A DNA stretch of 62,933 bases, filler included, from an uncultured bacterium (lineage in GTDB: Bacteria; B130-G9): assembly GCA_965372715.1 (NCBI GenBank). It is 4 parts of 4 records of this genome, joined end to end, with 100 filler letters (N's around TTAATTAATTAA, not from the genome) between each part and the next. Parts side by side here need not be neighbours in the genome. Positions count along the whole stretch, not along the records: positions 17,827 to 33,842 come from CBDVDH010000069.1; positions 33,943 to 49,596 come from CBDVDH010000070.1; 2 more parts are not named here. The stretch is one strand, 5' to 3'. Position 1 is the first letter of the stretch. Each line of letters opens with the position of its first letter. The notes under the pieces were generated by a model. It made no database searches, had not been told where the DNA came from, and saw nothing but the letters and a program-made list of their open reading frames with translations. The translations under genes and the position numbers were made by a program. This document shows, piece by piece, positions 30,057-40,539 of this stretch.

Positions 30057-31130
30057 ATGAAGTTCAACAAGTTGTTTATTCCCGGTCCGACGGAGGTCCG
30101 CAAGGACGTTCTGGAGCGAATGGCCTGGCCCATGATCGGCCACCGGGGCGGCGATTTTGCGGAGTTTTTCAGCAACCTCACGCCGAAGTTGAAGAGGCTT
30201 TTGGCCACGGAGGGTCATGTCTTTGTCTCAACCTCAGCATCCACCGGCGTCATGGAAGGCGCGGTCCTAAACTGCGTCGATAAGCGCTGTCTGAACGTAA
30301 CTTGCGGGGCGTTTGGCGAGCGTTGGCACGAGGTAACGATGGCCTGCGGCCGCGAGGCGGACATCTTACCGTCCGAGGAATGGGGCAAGGCAAACCACGT
30401 CGAGGATGTTGATAAGGCTCTTGCGACGGGCAAATACGACGCAATGACGATGCAGGTCAACGAGACCAGCACCGGCGTCATGAACGACTACCACGCCTTC
30501 GCGGAGATGATGAAGAAATATCCGGACGTGATGTTCCTCGTTGATGCGGTCAGTGCGATGGCGGCGGTCGAGATCAACGTCGATGAGCTGGGCATGGACG
30601 TGTGCCTCGCCGGCGTGCAAAAGGCCTTTGCGGTGCCGCCGGGCATTACGGTTTTCTCGGTCTCGGAAAAGGCGATGGAGAAGTCCAGCAAGGCGCAGCG
30701 GAAGGGCTATTACTTCGACTTTGAGGTCTTCAAGAAGTATCTCGAGAAGGGCCAGACGCCGACCACACCGGCCGTGAGCCTGCTTTACGCGCTCGATTAC
30801 AAGATGGACCAGATGTTTGAGGAGGGCCTGGAGAACAGATACCAGCGGCACGTCCAGATGGCGGAATACACCAGGGCGTGGGCCAAGGACCGGTTCGACA
30901 CGTTCGCCGAGGAAGGCTACGAGTCCGTAACGCTGACGACCGTTCGCAACTCACGCGCGATCTCGGTCGCTGACCTCTCCAACTTCCTTGCGGACAAGTA
31001 TGCGCTCCAGATCGCCAACGGCTATGGTAAATTGAAGGAGAAAACGTTCAGGATCGGACACATGGGCGACTTGACGCTCGATGAGATCAAGGACCTACTC
31101 AGCAAGATCGACGGATACCTGGGAATATAG
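30057..31130 (+). CDS. Class V PLP aminotransferase (serine-pyruvate/alanine-glyoxylate family)
   Basis: LFIPGPT, GHR, NETSTGV, LVDAVS, GVQKA PLP-lysine, TPTTP, FRIGHMG. Confidence 0.93.
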   Translation: MKFNKLFIPGPTEVRKDVLERMAWPMIGHRGGDFAEFFSNLTPKLKRLLATEGHVFVSTSASTGVMEGAVLNCVDKRCLNVTCGAFGERWHEVTMACGREADILPSEEWGKANHVEDVDKALATGKYDAMTMQVNETSTGVMNDYHAFAEMMKKYPDVMFLVDAVSAMAAVEINVDELGMDVCLAGVQKAFAVPPGITVFSVSEKAMEKSSKAQRKGYYFDFEVFKKYLEKGQTPTTPAVSLLYALDYKMDQMFEEGLENRYQRHVQMAEYTRAWAKDRFDTFAEEGYESVTLTTVRNSRAISVADLSNFLADKYALQIANGYGKLKEKTFRIGHMGDLTLDEIKDLLSKIDGYLGI

Positions 31131-31189
31131 ACGGGCCAATTGCCCAAACCATCGGACGCAAACCGTCTGAAATAAGCGGAGGTGATAAT

Positions 31190-32101
31190 ATGACTCGTGT
31201 CTTAGTCTGCGACCCTGTAGCGCAAGAGGCGGTCCAGAAGATGCAGAAGGGTGGCCTCACGGTTGACGTGAAGACCGAAATGACGCCCGAGGAGCTCGTC
31301 GCGACAATCGGCGATTACGACGCGGTGATCGTCCGCAGCGCGACGAAGATTACGAAGGACGTCATCGAGGCCGGCAGGAATCTGAAGGTCATCGCCCGTG
31401 GCGGCGTCGGGCTTGACAACATCGACCTCGATGCGGCGAAGGCCGAGGGAAAGACCGTTATCAACACCCCGGCGGCGAGTTCCGTCTCCGTGGCCGAGCT
31501 TGCGATGGCGCACATGCTCGCTATCTCGCGGTTCATCCCCCAGGCCAATGCCACGATGGCCGCTGGCAAGTGGGAGAAGAAGAAGTACAAAGGCGTGGAG
31601 CTCTTCAAGAAGACGCTTGGCGTCATCGGAATCGGCAGAATCGGGCGTGAAGTTGCCAAGAGGGCGCTTGGCTTCGAGATGACGGTCATCGCGTACGATC
31701 CATATATAACGCAGGACATGCTCGGCGACCTTCCGGTGAAGATGATCAGCATGGACGAACTGCTCGAGCAATCCGACTACATCACGCTCCACATGCCGCA
31801 CAACGACGAGACGCATTACCTTCTCGGTGAGGCGCAATTCGCCAAGATGAAGGACGGCGTGCGCATCGTCAACTGCGCCCGCGGCGGCGTCGTAAAGGAG
31901 GCTGCGCTGCTTGAGGCGATGAACAGCGGCAAGGTCACTTTTGCGGGCATCGACGTCTTCGAGAATGAGCCTGTCAAGGGCAATGAGTTCACTTCGCTGC
32001 CCAATGTCTCGCTCACGCCGCACATCGGCGCCTCGACCAGCGACGGCCAGTTCCGCGTCGGGATGGAGCTTGCCGAGAAGCTGCTGGAGCTCTTGGGCTG
32101 A
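31190..32101 (+). CDS. D-3-phosphoglycerate dehydrogenase-like 2-hydroxyacid dehydrogenase (no ACT domain)
   Basis: IVRSAT, RGGVGLDNID, GIGRIG, NCARGG, DVFENEP, TPHIGAST. Confidence 0.9.
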   Translation: MTRVLVCDPVAQEAVQKMQKGGLTVDVKTEMTPEELVATIGDYDAVIVRSATKITKDVIEAGRNLKVIARGGVGLDNIDLDAAKAEGKTVINTPAASSVSVAELAMAHMLAISRFIPQANATMAAGKWEKKKYKGVELFKKTLGVIGIGRIGREVAKRALGFEMTVIAYDPYITQDMLGDLPVKMISMDELLEQSDYITLHMPHNDETHYLLGEAQFAKMKDGVRIVNCARGGVVKEAALLEAMNSGKVTFAGIDVFENEPVKGNEFTSLPNVSLTPHIGASTSDGQFRVGMELAEKLLELLG

Positions 32102-32250
32102 TCACCCGACCGATATGTTAGAATGAGCTCCGGCCGTTTGCTGTCGGCTGTTGCTGATTCGCAGTATTATGGGGCTAATGCCTTGTTGAGGTAGTCCCGC
32201 AGATCGATGCAGGATCTTGTAGCCCTCTGTTTCTGGATATGTAGCGTTCA

Positions 32251-32275
32251 GGGCGGGGCATAGCACCGCCCCTAC
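32251..32275 (-). repeat. GTAG-family REP-like palindrome
   Basis: GGGCGGGGCATAGCACCGCCCCTAC. Confidence 0.8.
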
Positions 32276-32366
32276 ATAGGTATGATGCGACCGATGTCCG
32301 CCAGATCCTGAACGGGGAGCAAATGTTGGGATCACTGTGAATGCGTGATGAAATGAGAGACCTGAC

Positions 32367-32852
32367 TTGAAGAAGCGTCTGCCCTGGGACGAGTATTTTA
32401 TGCAGATAGCCCGGCTGATGGCGGAGCGGTCAACCTGCCTCAGGAGGCGAGTCGGCGCGGTCATCGTCAGGGACAAGCGAATCCTCGCGACGGGCTATAA
32501 CGGCGCCCCGACCGGCCTGCGGCACTGCGAGGAGGTCGGCTGCCTCCGCGAGAAGCAAAACGTCCCGTCCGGCAAGATGCACGAGCTTTGCAGGGGCCTC
32601 CACGCCGAGCAAAACGCCATCATCCAAGCCGCAATGTTCGGCGTGTCAATCAAGGACGCCGAGATATACTGCACCAACGTCCCTTGTATAATCTGCGCCA
32701 AGATGCTAATAAACGCTGGTATCGGCAGACGCATTTACTACCAGGATGGCTATCCGGATGAACTCGCACTTGAGATGCTTCAAGAAGCGGGGATGCAGCT
32801 GATCTGCATCCCGTTCAACGAGGCAAAGGGCGGCGAGAATGGAGACCAATAG
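32367..32852 (+). CDS. dCMP deaminase / ComEB-family zinc deaminase
   Basis: [34 protein letters not shown]. Confidence 0.93.
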   Translation: MKKRLPWDEYFMQIARLMAERSTCLRRRVGAVIVRDKRILATGYNGAPTGLRHCEEVGCLREKQNVPSGKMHELCRGLHAEQNAIIQAAMFGVSIKDAEIYCTNVPCIICAKMLINAGIGRRIYYQDGYPDELALEMLQEAGMQLICIPFNEAKGGENGDQ

Positions 32853-33657
32853 CGACGCCACCAAGATGAGAATCGCGCATCTGGGTCTGTTTACTGGCCT
32901 GTTGCTGGCCGCATTCCTAACGCTATCCTGCGCCTCGACCAACGAGGTTGTCCTTGACGACGAGGAACTGTTCCTCCTTGCCAGCAAGAAACTGGAGACG
33001 AGCCGGGAGGCGGGCTTGGTCCGGGCTATCCGGCGCCCCAAGAAGCGGAAGGAGGCGGTCGAGCTCTTCGACCAACTGCTCGACAAGTATCCCGAAAGTC
33101 CCCACGCGAAGGACGTGCAGATGCTGCTGGCCGACCTCTGGTTCGACGACGAGAAATTCGAGGAGGCCGAGGCGGAATATACCGTGTTCCTGAGATTCTA
33201 TCCTTCCGATGACGGGGCGGAAAGGGCGCAGTTTCGGCAGCTGCTGACGCATCAACGGCGGATAGGAACCTACGACCGCGATCAGTCATTCACTCACAAA
33301 ACGCTCGCTCTGTGCAAATATTACCGGACCAGGTATCCGGGCGGAGAGTTCACGCCGAACATCGCCCTGATTGAGCGCGAGTCGCTCGCGATGCTCGCCG
33401 AGCACGAGTTCTACGTCGGACGGCTCTATTACCGTCGGCACGGGTATGCCGCTGCAACGTCGCGGCTTGAAGGCATCCTTCGCGACTTCCCGGACTCCGA
33501 GGCCGCCTGCAAGGCGCTCCTTTTGCTGGCAAAGCTCGACGCGAAGCTCGAACGACCCGCCGACGCCATCGAGAAGCTCCAGCGCCTCATCGAGGAATAC
33601 CCCGGCTGCGACTCTAACGCGAAGGCCAAGAGACTGCTGAAAGGCCTCAGGCAGTAG
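32839..33657 (+). CDS. bamD: Outer-membrane assembly lipoprotein BamD
   Basis: Lipobox LSC, TPR-like repeats, [21 protein letters not shown]. Confidence 0.85.
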   Translation: METNSDATKMRIAHLGLFTGLLLAAFLTLSCASTNEVVLDDEELFLLASKKLETSREAGLVRAIRRPKKRKEAVELFDQLLDKYPESPHAKDVQMLLADLWFDDEKFEEAEAEYTVFLRFYPSDDGAERAQFRQLLTHQRRIGTYDRDQSFTHKTLALCKYYRTRYPGGEFTPNIALIERESLAMLAEHEFYVGRLYYRRHGYAAATSRLEGILRDFPDSEAACKALLLLAKLDAKLERPADAIEKLQRLIEEYPGCDSNAKAKRLLKGLRQ

Positions 33658-33842
33658 AGCAGGCGGCGTTTGCCACCGCGAAAAGCGTTTTCGTCGGGGC
33701 AGGCCACGTGAGGCCTGACATAGGCCCGTCCGGGGATCGGGAAGGAGGTGGGATTCCTCCCGCTGTCCTCGCATTCGCCGCGAGGCGAACCCCTACATCA
33801 GCCCTCGACCATATCAGGCCAATCTCAGACCACGCCCCTAAT

Positions 33843-33942
33843 NNNNNNNNNNNNNNNNNNNNNNNNNNNNNNNNNNNNNNNNNNNNTTAATTAATTAANN
33901 NNNNNNNNNNNNNNNNNNNNNNNNNNNNNNNNNNNNNNNNNN
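33843..33942. other. Artificial contig linker
   Basis: N44-TTAATTAATTAA-N44. Confidence 0.99.
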
Positions 33943-34151
33943 AGACGGTGGTCCGGAGGCCTGGACGCCAATCGACGTAGGGTCGATGCCGCGTCAAACC
34001 GCGTCGAGCCAAAGCGGCGTCAAGCCGCCGCACTCCAAAATCACCCAATGGGTGCGACTCACACCCCGACCCCCGTCCCACTCATCACCTTTGGGCAGCC
34101 GCAAAACGTCTTAGCCCCACCATCTTTCTTGCCGTCAATGTGATTATTGGG
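33943..34151. repeat. Partial copy of the composite element at 19975-20183
   Basis: Begins AGACGGTGGTCCGGAGGCCTGGACGCCAATCGACGTAGGGTCGATGCCGCGTCAA, identical to 19975 onward. Confidence 0.85.
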
Positions 34152-34165
34152 GGAGATGATTTCAT

Positions 34166-34609
34166 TTGATATCATCTATCCTCGTCTGGTATCATGTTCC
34201 CTTCTACGAGAGACCGCGGTACACATACGCATGGCTAGGCTACAAATATGGCGCGACGATTCGCCATGATTACGTCTTTGATTATACGGGTGAGCAGATG
34301 CTGACGGCCTGGCAGATGGCAACGGACAAGATCGAGGACGAGTATAACGGCACGTGCGCCGACTTGGACAGCGCGCCGATTCCGGAGGGCTTGCTGGACA
34401 CGCGCGAATACCAGCTTCCGCCCAGCTACGCCAACGACCTGGGGGGGATGATTGAAGATATGGGCGATTTTGCTAAGGCGTTCTATAACTATCTTGGCGG
34501 GCAAGGGCTTGGATCTTGCGTGCAGACGTATGCAATCCCAGGTTTGCCCGATGACAACACGCTGATGGGCTACTGTAACGCTCCTGCGACGCCCTTAGAG
34601 AGATGGTAG
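34166..34609 (+). pseudogene. Probable 3' remnant of a larger gene (copy 1)
   Basis: Abuts the repeat, weak TTG start; homologous start-less copy at 37438-37674. Confidence 0.55.
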
Positions 34610-34634
34610 TTTAGAGATTAAGGAGAGGATAGCT

Positions 34635-37229
34635 ATGAGGATTCTGCGGTTTTCTTCCGCGGTTTTAGTGATTGTGCTTTTCGTGGGGGCTCAGGAGAGG
34701 ATTTCCGTTGCTCGATCGCCCACGATCGACCATGCGAGCTACATCCCGTACTTTGATCTGCCCTACCGTTACCGCGATCTCTCCCTGGGGCAAGGTAGGA
34801 TTGCGGTGGGCACCGAGCAAGGGGCGGTGCTGATAGACAGGGCAACGGGTTTGCAGACTCACCTTTTCTCATCGGAGGAAGCGTCCGTTGTCGGGCTTGT
34901 GGCCGGCGGGGAGCTCTGGTCAATCCTTCCGTGGCTCTTGACTAGTTATGAAGGGCCTGGCCAGGCCACGAAGGGGGCGATACGTTGCTATGACGGGTTA
35001 GGATTGCGCGACTTTGACGAGCGTTGCGGTCTTCCGGGCATTGGCGGTGGCTCGCCGTGGGCCATCGTGAACCCGGCGTTCGTCCGCGACATGGCCGGGG
35101 AGATTTGGTTCGCGTATCCGGAAGGAATATGGCACTTCGACGGGCAAAGCTACGAGAGCTTCCTTGTGGACGACCTTCTACCAGGCAACTCAGTGCGCGC
35201 TTTCGCCATTGATACCTTGGACAGAAAGTGGGTGGGCCTTGTCGGGGCGGTTGCCGTCCTGGATGCCGGCGACTGGAGGATTTACTGGCTCGAGGATACT
35301 CTGGGGCCGGGCCAGGCGCAGAAGATTGCTCCGGGCGTCGCTGGAGACATCTGGGTGCTCTGGGGGACATGGGGTGTGTACCCCGGGGGAGTTCTGAAGG
35401 TCATGCATTTTGTCGATGGCGAACTCACTGTCCTCTCGTTTGACCCGCCGGTAGAGACATGGGCGTCAATGGCCGTGGACGCGCAGGGCCGTGTGTGGAT
35501 AGGGACTCGTGGTGATGGGGCCTACTTCCTCGACGGAGGGGCCTGGCGGCGTGTTACCATGGCTGACGGCCTGGCCACTGATTACATCGTGGACATTGAC
35601 GCTGATGACGAAGGGGATGTTGGTTTTCTGTGCAACCCGGCTGACGATTCATGGGGAGCGTCTTGCGTTGTCTCGGTCCTTTCAGAGGGTTCTTGGCTCA
35701 CCTATCATGTCCAGGCTGACTTGCCGTGGGAGGAGGCGGACATTCTCAAAATCGATGACGAGGGGTCGATATGGCTTGGAGGCGGCGAGACCTGGTCCTC
35801 CCAGACAGACTTCCTATGGCGTATCGGTCGAGGGGGGCGTTGCGATAGCTTCCCTCCCCCGGCTGCGTCTCTGCTTCGCCTTGGACCAGCCCGGCTGGGC
35901 GAGAGCTTCGTTTTTGCCTGGGCTGGCTCTGATGAGTATGGCTTGGCAGTTCTTGACGGCGACACTTGGCAGACACGCACTGATTGGGACGGTATTCCGC
36001 TTAGCAACATCGCCCAGATCGAGGCAGACGCATTCGGGAGGCTCTGGCTGCGGCGGGACCTGGGCCCATATCAGCCCACTTCGCTGGTGTGTATCTGGCC
36101 GGAGGCGAACTGGGCGGCTGAGTTCCGCCCCAGAGGTTACCCGTTTGACATATCTCGCATCGCACCCGACCGCGTGGATGATTGCATCTGGTTGTCATTC
36201 AAAGGGAGGGAGCAGTGTTACGGTTACGGCCGGTATGGAGGCTTTCAGAAGCTCAGTGCAACGGGCATCGAGCGGATACTCGAGAATGCACCTCGTTCCT
36301 ATGTGGGGGTTGACGCACGAAACATGAAGTGGCTGAGGGAGTGGACAGGAACATCTACGCGCTTCGAGTTATTCGACGGCCAGAACTGGCACGATATGCC
36401 AGCCCTGCCCTGGCCCAACCTGAGGATACCGAGTGGCGATACGGCACGGATAGTGGAACACAGCGGTGATTTCGTGGCGCTGCTCTATGACCGCGAGAAG
36501 AAGTCGGCGGTGCTGGACGACCGTAACGCTGGCAGTACTTGCTCGGTGATTGCGGTCTATAATGGGGAGGAGTGGCGCGGCTTCACCTGCCCCGAATCGG
36601 TTGCGCAGAGCAGCACTGCCATCACTGGGGTGGATTGGCTTGGGAACTACTGGTTGGGGCTCGGGGTCCTCGTGCCGCCGGAGAACTTCATCCTTGCTCC
36701 GAAGGCCCGCGTCGCAAACCTGGAGACTGACGAGTCGCTTCAGCTCAGCATGTCGATAGAGTATCGGGCGCATCCGCACAACGCGGACATCTATGTTGGG
36801 ATTCAGGCGCCGAGCGGGCAGGTATTCTACGTTGCACCTCAAGAGGCGGCGCCTCCGTTTCCGATATTCTATGCGGCGTTTGCTGGCAGCACTCAGTTCT
36901 TGGAGCCGGGGCCTTACTACGACGGGCCGGGGTCGATACCGAACACGCCGGACATGAAGGACCTCGCGCCTCCGCCGCTGCCCCTGCCTGACCCGCCCGA
37001 CGGCCAGGGCCCGACCGGCCTCGCCCTCTTCGCCTACCCCGTGCCCTACTTCGCCAACGTCCCGCTGCCCGCATACGGCTCAATCGAGAACCTCGTCCTC
37101 CTCAACACCGAGCTCCCCGAAGAGGCGCCAACAGGCACATACACGTTCCACGTCGGCATGACCGCCCCCTCCTCAATCTCAAACCTCTATCGCACCGCGC
37201 AAACCACCTTCGAGGTGACGGAACAGTGA
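34635..37229 (+). CDS. Secreted beta-propeller protein 1 with conserved C-terminal module
   Basis: GGAG RBS, signal peptide, repeats such as AIDTLDRKWVG, AVDAQGRVWIGT, ADGLATDYI. Confidence 0.85.
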   Translation: MRILRFSSAVLVIVLFVGAQERISVARSPTIDHASYIPYFDLPYRYRDLSLGQGRIAVGTEQGAVLIDRATGLQTHLFSSEEASVVGLVAGGELWSILPWLLTSYEGPGQATKGAIRCYDGLGLRDFDERCGLPGIGGGSPWAIVNPAFVRDMAGEIWFAYPEGIWHFDGQSYESFLVDDLLPGNSVRAFAIDTLDRKWVGLVGAVAVLDAGDWRIYWLEDTLGPGQAQKIAPGVAGDIWVLWGTWGVYPGGVLKVMHFVDGELTVLSFDPPVETWASMAVDAQGRVWIGTRGDGAYFLDGGAWRRVTMADGLATDYIVDIDADDEGDVGFLCNPADDSWGASCVVSVLSEGSWLTYHVQADLPWEEADILKIDDEGSIWLGGGETWSSQTDFLWRIGRGGRCDSFPPPAASLLRLGPARLGESFVFAWAGSDEYGLAVLDGDTWQTRTDWDGIPLSNIAQIEADAFGRLWLRRDLGPYQPTSLVCIWPEANWAAEFRPRGYPFDISRIAPDRVDDCIWLSFKGREQCYGYGRYGGFQKLSATGIERILENAPRSYVGVDARNMKWLREWTGTSTRFELFDGQNWHDMPALPWPNLRIPSGDTARIVEHSGDFVALLYDREKKSAVLDDRNAGSTCSVIAVYNGEEWRGFTCPESVAQSSTAITGVDWLGNYWLGLGVLVPPENFILAPKARVANLETDESLQLSMSIEYRAHPHNADIYVGIQAPSGQVFYVAPQEAAPPFPIFYAAFAGSTQFLEPGPYYDGPGSIPNTPDMKDLAPPPLPLPDPPDGQGPTGLALFAYPVPYFANVPLPAYGSIENLVLLNTELPEEAPTGTYTFHVGMTAPSSISNLYRTAQTTFEVTEQ

Positions 37230-37437
37230 GCGCATGCACCGCCAGCGGGAAGCGCCAGCTCCCTGATAGTTTTGCGCAATCATGGGGCCTCGCCGGTCTT
37301 TTGAGGTCTGAATGTGCGTTTTGTCAGCTTTCAGGGCATTTGACACGAATCCTGCTGCGTAAAACATTTGGCGAAAGGTTGTAAGACATGTTGACCATCA
37401 ATAGGGGAGGCAACCAGGATTGGGAAACGGAGGTTAG

Positions 37438-37674
37438 AGACCGCGGTACACATACGCATGGCTAGACTACAAATATGGCGCGGCGATTCGCCATGATTAC
37501 GCCCTTAATTATATGGGGGACCGGATCTTGGATGACATGAACCTCTTCAAAAACACATACGAGAACTTCCTAAGTCGAAGGCACAGCTTGTCTTGTGTGC
37601 AGGAATATGCCTCTAAGTTTCCTGCAACTGACGATTTGCCAAGTGACGATGTGCTGATGACCTACTGTAACTAA
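37438..37674 (+). pseudogene. Start-less 3' gene remnant (copy 2)
   Basis: Reads RPRYTYAWLDYKYGAAIRHDY...SCVQEY...LPSDDVLMTYCN*, preceded by an in-frame TAG; lacks about 50 aa present in copy 1. Confidence 0.7.
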
Positions 37675-37736
37675 AGGCCCTTCACTTGAGAGGTATGAGC
37701 ACCTAACATCAACTCTGAGGATAAGGAGATAATCCT

Positions 37737-40337
37737 ATGATGACCTCCGCGCGTTGCGTTATTGCTGTATGCATCCTTGCTGGGCTCCTGCTTTGTGCCC
37801 TCGGATCGGGCCATGCCGGGGTGATCGAGGAGGGGACCTGGATGCGCTACTATACACCGCCTCCTATTCATGAGATTTCCTTTTCGGAGGGACGGATTGT
37901 TTTCGCGACTTCCCAGGGCCCGTTATTGATAGACAGACGGACCAGTATTCAGTCTCGTCTTCCGTGGAGCGATAACACTGAACGAATGGAATTGATGCCG
38001 GGGGGTGATTTCTGGTCGCTGCTCCCGGAGTTAAAAACGCCTGTAGGTGTAGGTAGGGGAGCAATAAGGCATTACGACGGGCTTGAATGGCGCGATTTCG
38101 ACGAGAGCTGTGGGCTTCCGCAGCTTTTCGGGATGTGGCGATACTTGAATCCGATGTTCGCCAAGGACGCCTCTGGCGATGTTTGGGCGGCCTATCCTCC
38201 TGTAATATGGCGATTCGATGGTGAACGCTACGAGAGCTATCAGGTACATGACTTCCTACCTGGCAATTGGGTTAGATGCCTTGCGGTTGATGCTTCTGAC
38301 GCCAAGTGGTTCGGGGTTGACGAGGGAGGAGCGGTCAGCTTCGACGGTTCTGGCTGGCAGTTTCACGACTGGTCGGACAGCTTGGGAACGGGCGGCGTTG
38401 TGAAACTGGCTGCGGACCCGGAGGAGGGCATTTGGGCGTTGTGGGGCTACGGATGGGGAAGTTGCACAATCACCTCCCTTTCGCGCTTCGTCGCCGGCGC
38501 CCGAGAGGACTGCCGGTTTGAGCCTCCGATGGTCACGCGTAGGGTGTCTATGGCTGTGGACCCGGCGGGCCGCGTCTGGATAGGCACGTATGGCGAGGGC
38601 GCTTACTGCCTCGATTCGGGAGAGTGGCGCCATTACAGGACCGCCGATGGCCTGGCAAGCGATTACATCGTGGACATAGACGCGGACGAGGATGGCGCCG
38701 TGGGGTTCCTGTGCTATTCGGAAACATCTTCGGAACGTCCGACGAGCGAATACGCGGTCTCTGTGCTTTCAGAGGGAGCTTGGCTCACCTATCATGCCGA
38801 AGCTGACCTGCCCTGGGAGGAGACGGACATTCTGAAGATCGATGACGAGGGGTCGATATGGCTTGGAGGAGGTGAGGCCTATTCCTCCCAGACAGACTTC
38901 CTATGGCGTATCGGTCGAGGGGGGCGTTGCGATAGCTTCCCTCCCCCGGCTGCGTCTCTGCTTCGCCTTGGACCAGCCCGGCTGGGCGAGAGCTTCGTTT
39001 TTGCCTGGGCTGGCTCTGATGAGTATGGCTTGGCAGTTCTTGACGGCGACACTTGGCAGACACGCACTGATTGGGACGGCATCTCGCTTGATAACATTAA
39101 GCAGATCGAGGCAGACGCATTCGGGAGGGTTTGGCTGCGGCGCGACCTGGGCGCATATCAGCCCACTGCACTCGTCTGTATCTGGCCGGAGGCGAACTGG
39201 GCCGGTGAATACCGCCCCAGCGGTAACCCATTTGACATCTCTACGATCGCAATTGATCGCGAAGATGACTGCATCTGGTTGTCATTCGAAGGGAGGGAGC
39301 AGTGTTACGGTTACGGTCAGTATGGAGGCTTTCAGAAGCTCAGCGCAAGGGGCATCGAGCGCATACTCGAGAATGCACCTCGTTCCTATGTAGGGGTTGA
39401 CGCACGAAACATGAAGTGGCTGAGGGAGTGGACAGGAACATCTACGCGCTTCGAGTTATTCGACGGCCAGAACTGGCACGATATGCCGGCGCTGCCCTGG
39501 GCCAACCTAAGGATGGTGGATGGCAGGGGCGGGCGAGTCGTGGAACATACAGGGGACTTTGTGGCGCTGCTCTATGACCACGAGAAGTGGGCGGCGCTAG
39601 ACGATCCCTCCGCTGCAACGACGTGCTCGACGATTGCGGTCTATAGCGGGGAAGAATGGCGCGGCCTCACCTGCCCCGAATCGCTTAATCCGGAGAATCC
39701 ACCACGATATACATGGTGTAGCATTCCCATCACGGGCGTGGATTGGCTTGGGAACTATTGGTTGGGGCTCGGGGTTCTCGTGCCACCGGAGAACTTCGTC
39801 CTCGCTCCGAAGGCCCTCATCGGCGCCCCAGAGAATGACGAGGCGCTTCAGCTGAGGATGTCGATTGGGTATCAGGCGCATCCGCACAAGGCAGACCTCT
39901 ATGCCGCGCTTCAGGCGCCGAGCGGGCAGGTGTTCTACGTTGCGGGTCACGGGGCGGAGCCGCCGTTTCCGATATTCTATGCGGCGTTCGACGGCAGCAC
40001 GGAGTTCTTGCAGCCGGGGCCTGATTACGATGGCCCAGGGTCAATCCCGAACACGCCTGACATGAAGGACCTCGCACCTCCACCGCTTCCCCTGCCTGAC
40101 CCACCCGATGGCAACGGCCCGACCGGCCTCGCCCTCTTCGCCTACCCCGTGCCCTACTTCGCCAACGTCCCGCTGCCCGCATACGGCTCAATCGAGAACC
40201 TCGTCCTCCTCAACACCGAGCTCCCCGAAGAGGCGCCAACAGGCACATACACGTTCCACGTCGGCATGACCGCCCCCTCCTCAATCTCAAACCTCTATCG
40301 CACCGCGCAAACCACCTTCGAGGTGACGGAACAGTGA
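37737..40337 (+). CDS. Secreted beta-propeller protein 2 with conserved C-terminal module
   Basis: AAGGAG RBS, signal peptide (GHA-G), full-length paralog of 34635-37229. Confidence 0.85.
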   Translation: MMTSARCVIAVCILAGLLLCALGSGHAGVIEEGTWMRYYTPPPIHEISFSEGRIVFATSQGPLLIDRRTSIQSRLPWSDNTERMELMPGGDFWSLLPELKTPVGVGRGAIRHYDGLEWRDFDESCGLPQLFGMWRYLNPMFAKDASGDVWAAYPPVIWRFDGERYESYQVHDFLPGNWVRCLAVDASDAKWFGVDEGGAVSFDGSGWQFHDWSDSLGTGGVVKLAADPEEGIWALWGYGWGSCTITSLSRFVAGAREDCRFEPPMVTRRVSMAVDPAGRVWIGTYGEGAYCLDSGEWRHYRTADGLASDYIVDIDADEDGAVGFLCYSETSSERPTSEYAVSVLSEGAWLTYHAEADLPWEETDILKIDDEGSIWLGGGEAYSSQTDFLWRIGRGGRCDSFPPPAASLLRLGPARLGESFVFAWAGSDEYGLAVLDGDTWQTRTDWDGISLDNIKQIEADAFGRVWLRRDLGAYQPTALVCIWPEANWAGEYRPSGNPFDISTIAIDREDDCIWLSFEGREQCYGYGQYGGFQKLSARGIERILENAPRSYVGVDARNMKWLREWTGTSTRFELFDGQNWHDMPALPWANLRMVDGRGGRVVEHTGDFVALLYDHEKWAALDDPSAATTCSTIAVYSGEEWRGLTCPESLNPENPPRYTWCSIPITGVDWLGNYWLGLGVLVPPENFVLAPKALIGAPENDEALQLRMSIGYQAHPHKADLYAALQAPSGQVFYVAGHGAEPPFPIFYAAFDGSTEFLQPGPDYDGPGSIPNTPDMKDLAPPPLPLPDPPDGNGPTGLALFAYPVPYFANVPLPAYGSIENLVLLNTELPEEAPTGTYTFHVGMTAPSSISNLYRTAQTTFEVTEQ

Positions 40338-40449
40338 GCGCATGTACCGCCAGCGGGAAACGCCCCCTGCCTGTTACTTCTGCACGATTCTGGGCCTCGC
40401 CGGCCTCTCCGAGGCGCGTGTGTGCGTTTTGTCAGCTTTCAGGGCACTT

Positions 40450-40465
40450 TGGCACGGATCCTGCT
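40450..40465 (+). promoter_or_regulatory. Sigma-54 (-24/-12) promoter candidate
   Basis: TGGCACGGATCCTGCT matches TGGCAC-N5-TTGCW with correct GG/GC spacing, 74 bp upstream of ATG 40540. Confidence 0.65.
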
Positions 40466-40539
40466 CAGTAAAAGGGCAGCATGAGGTTGTAATGTATTCT
40501 GGGAATGAATAGGGCCGTTGATTTGACTCGAAAGGAGAG

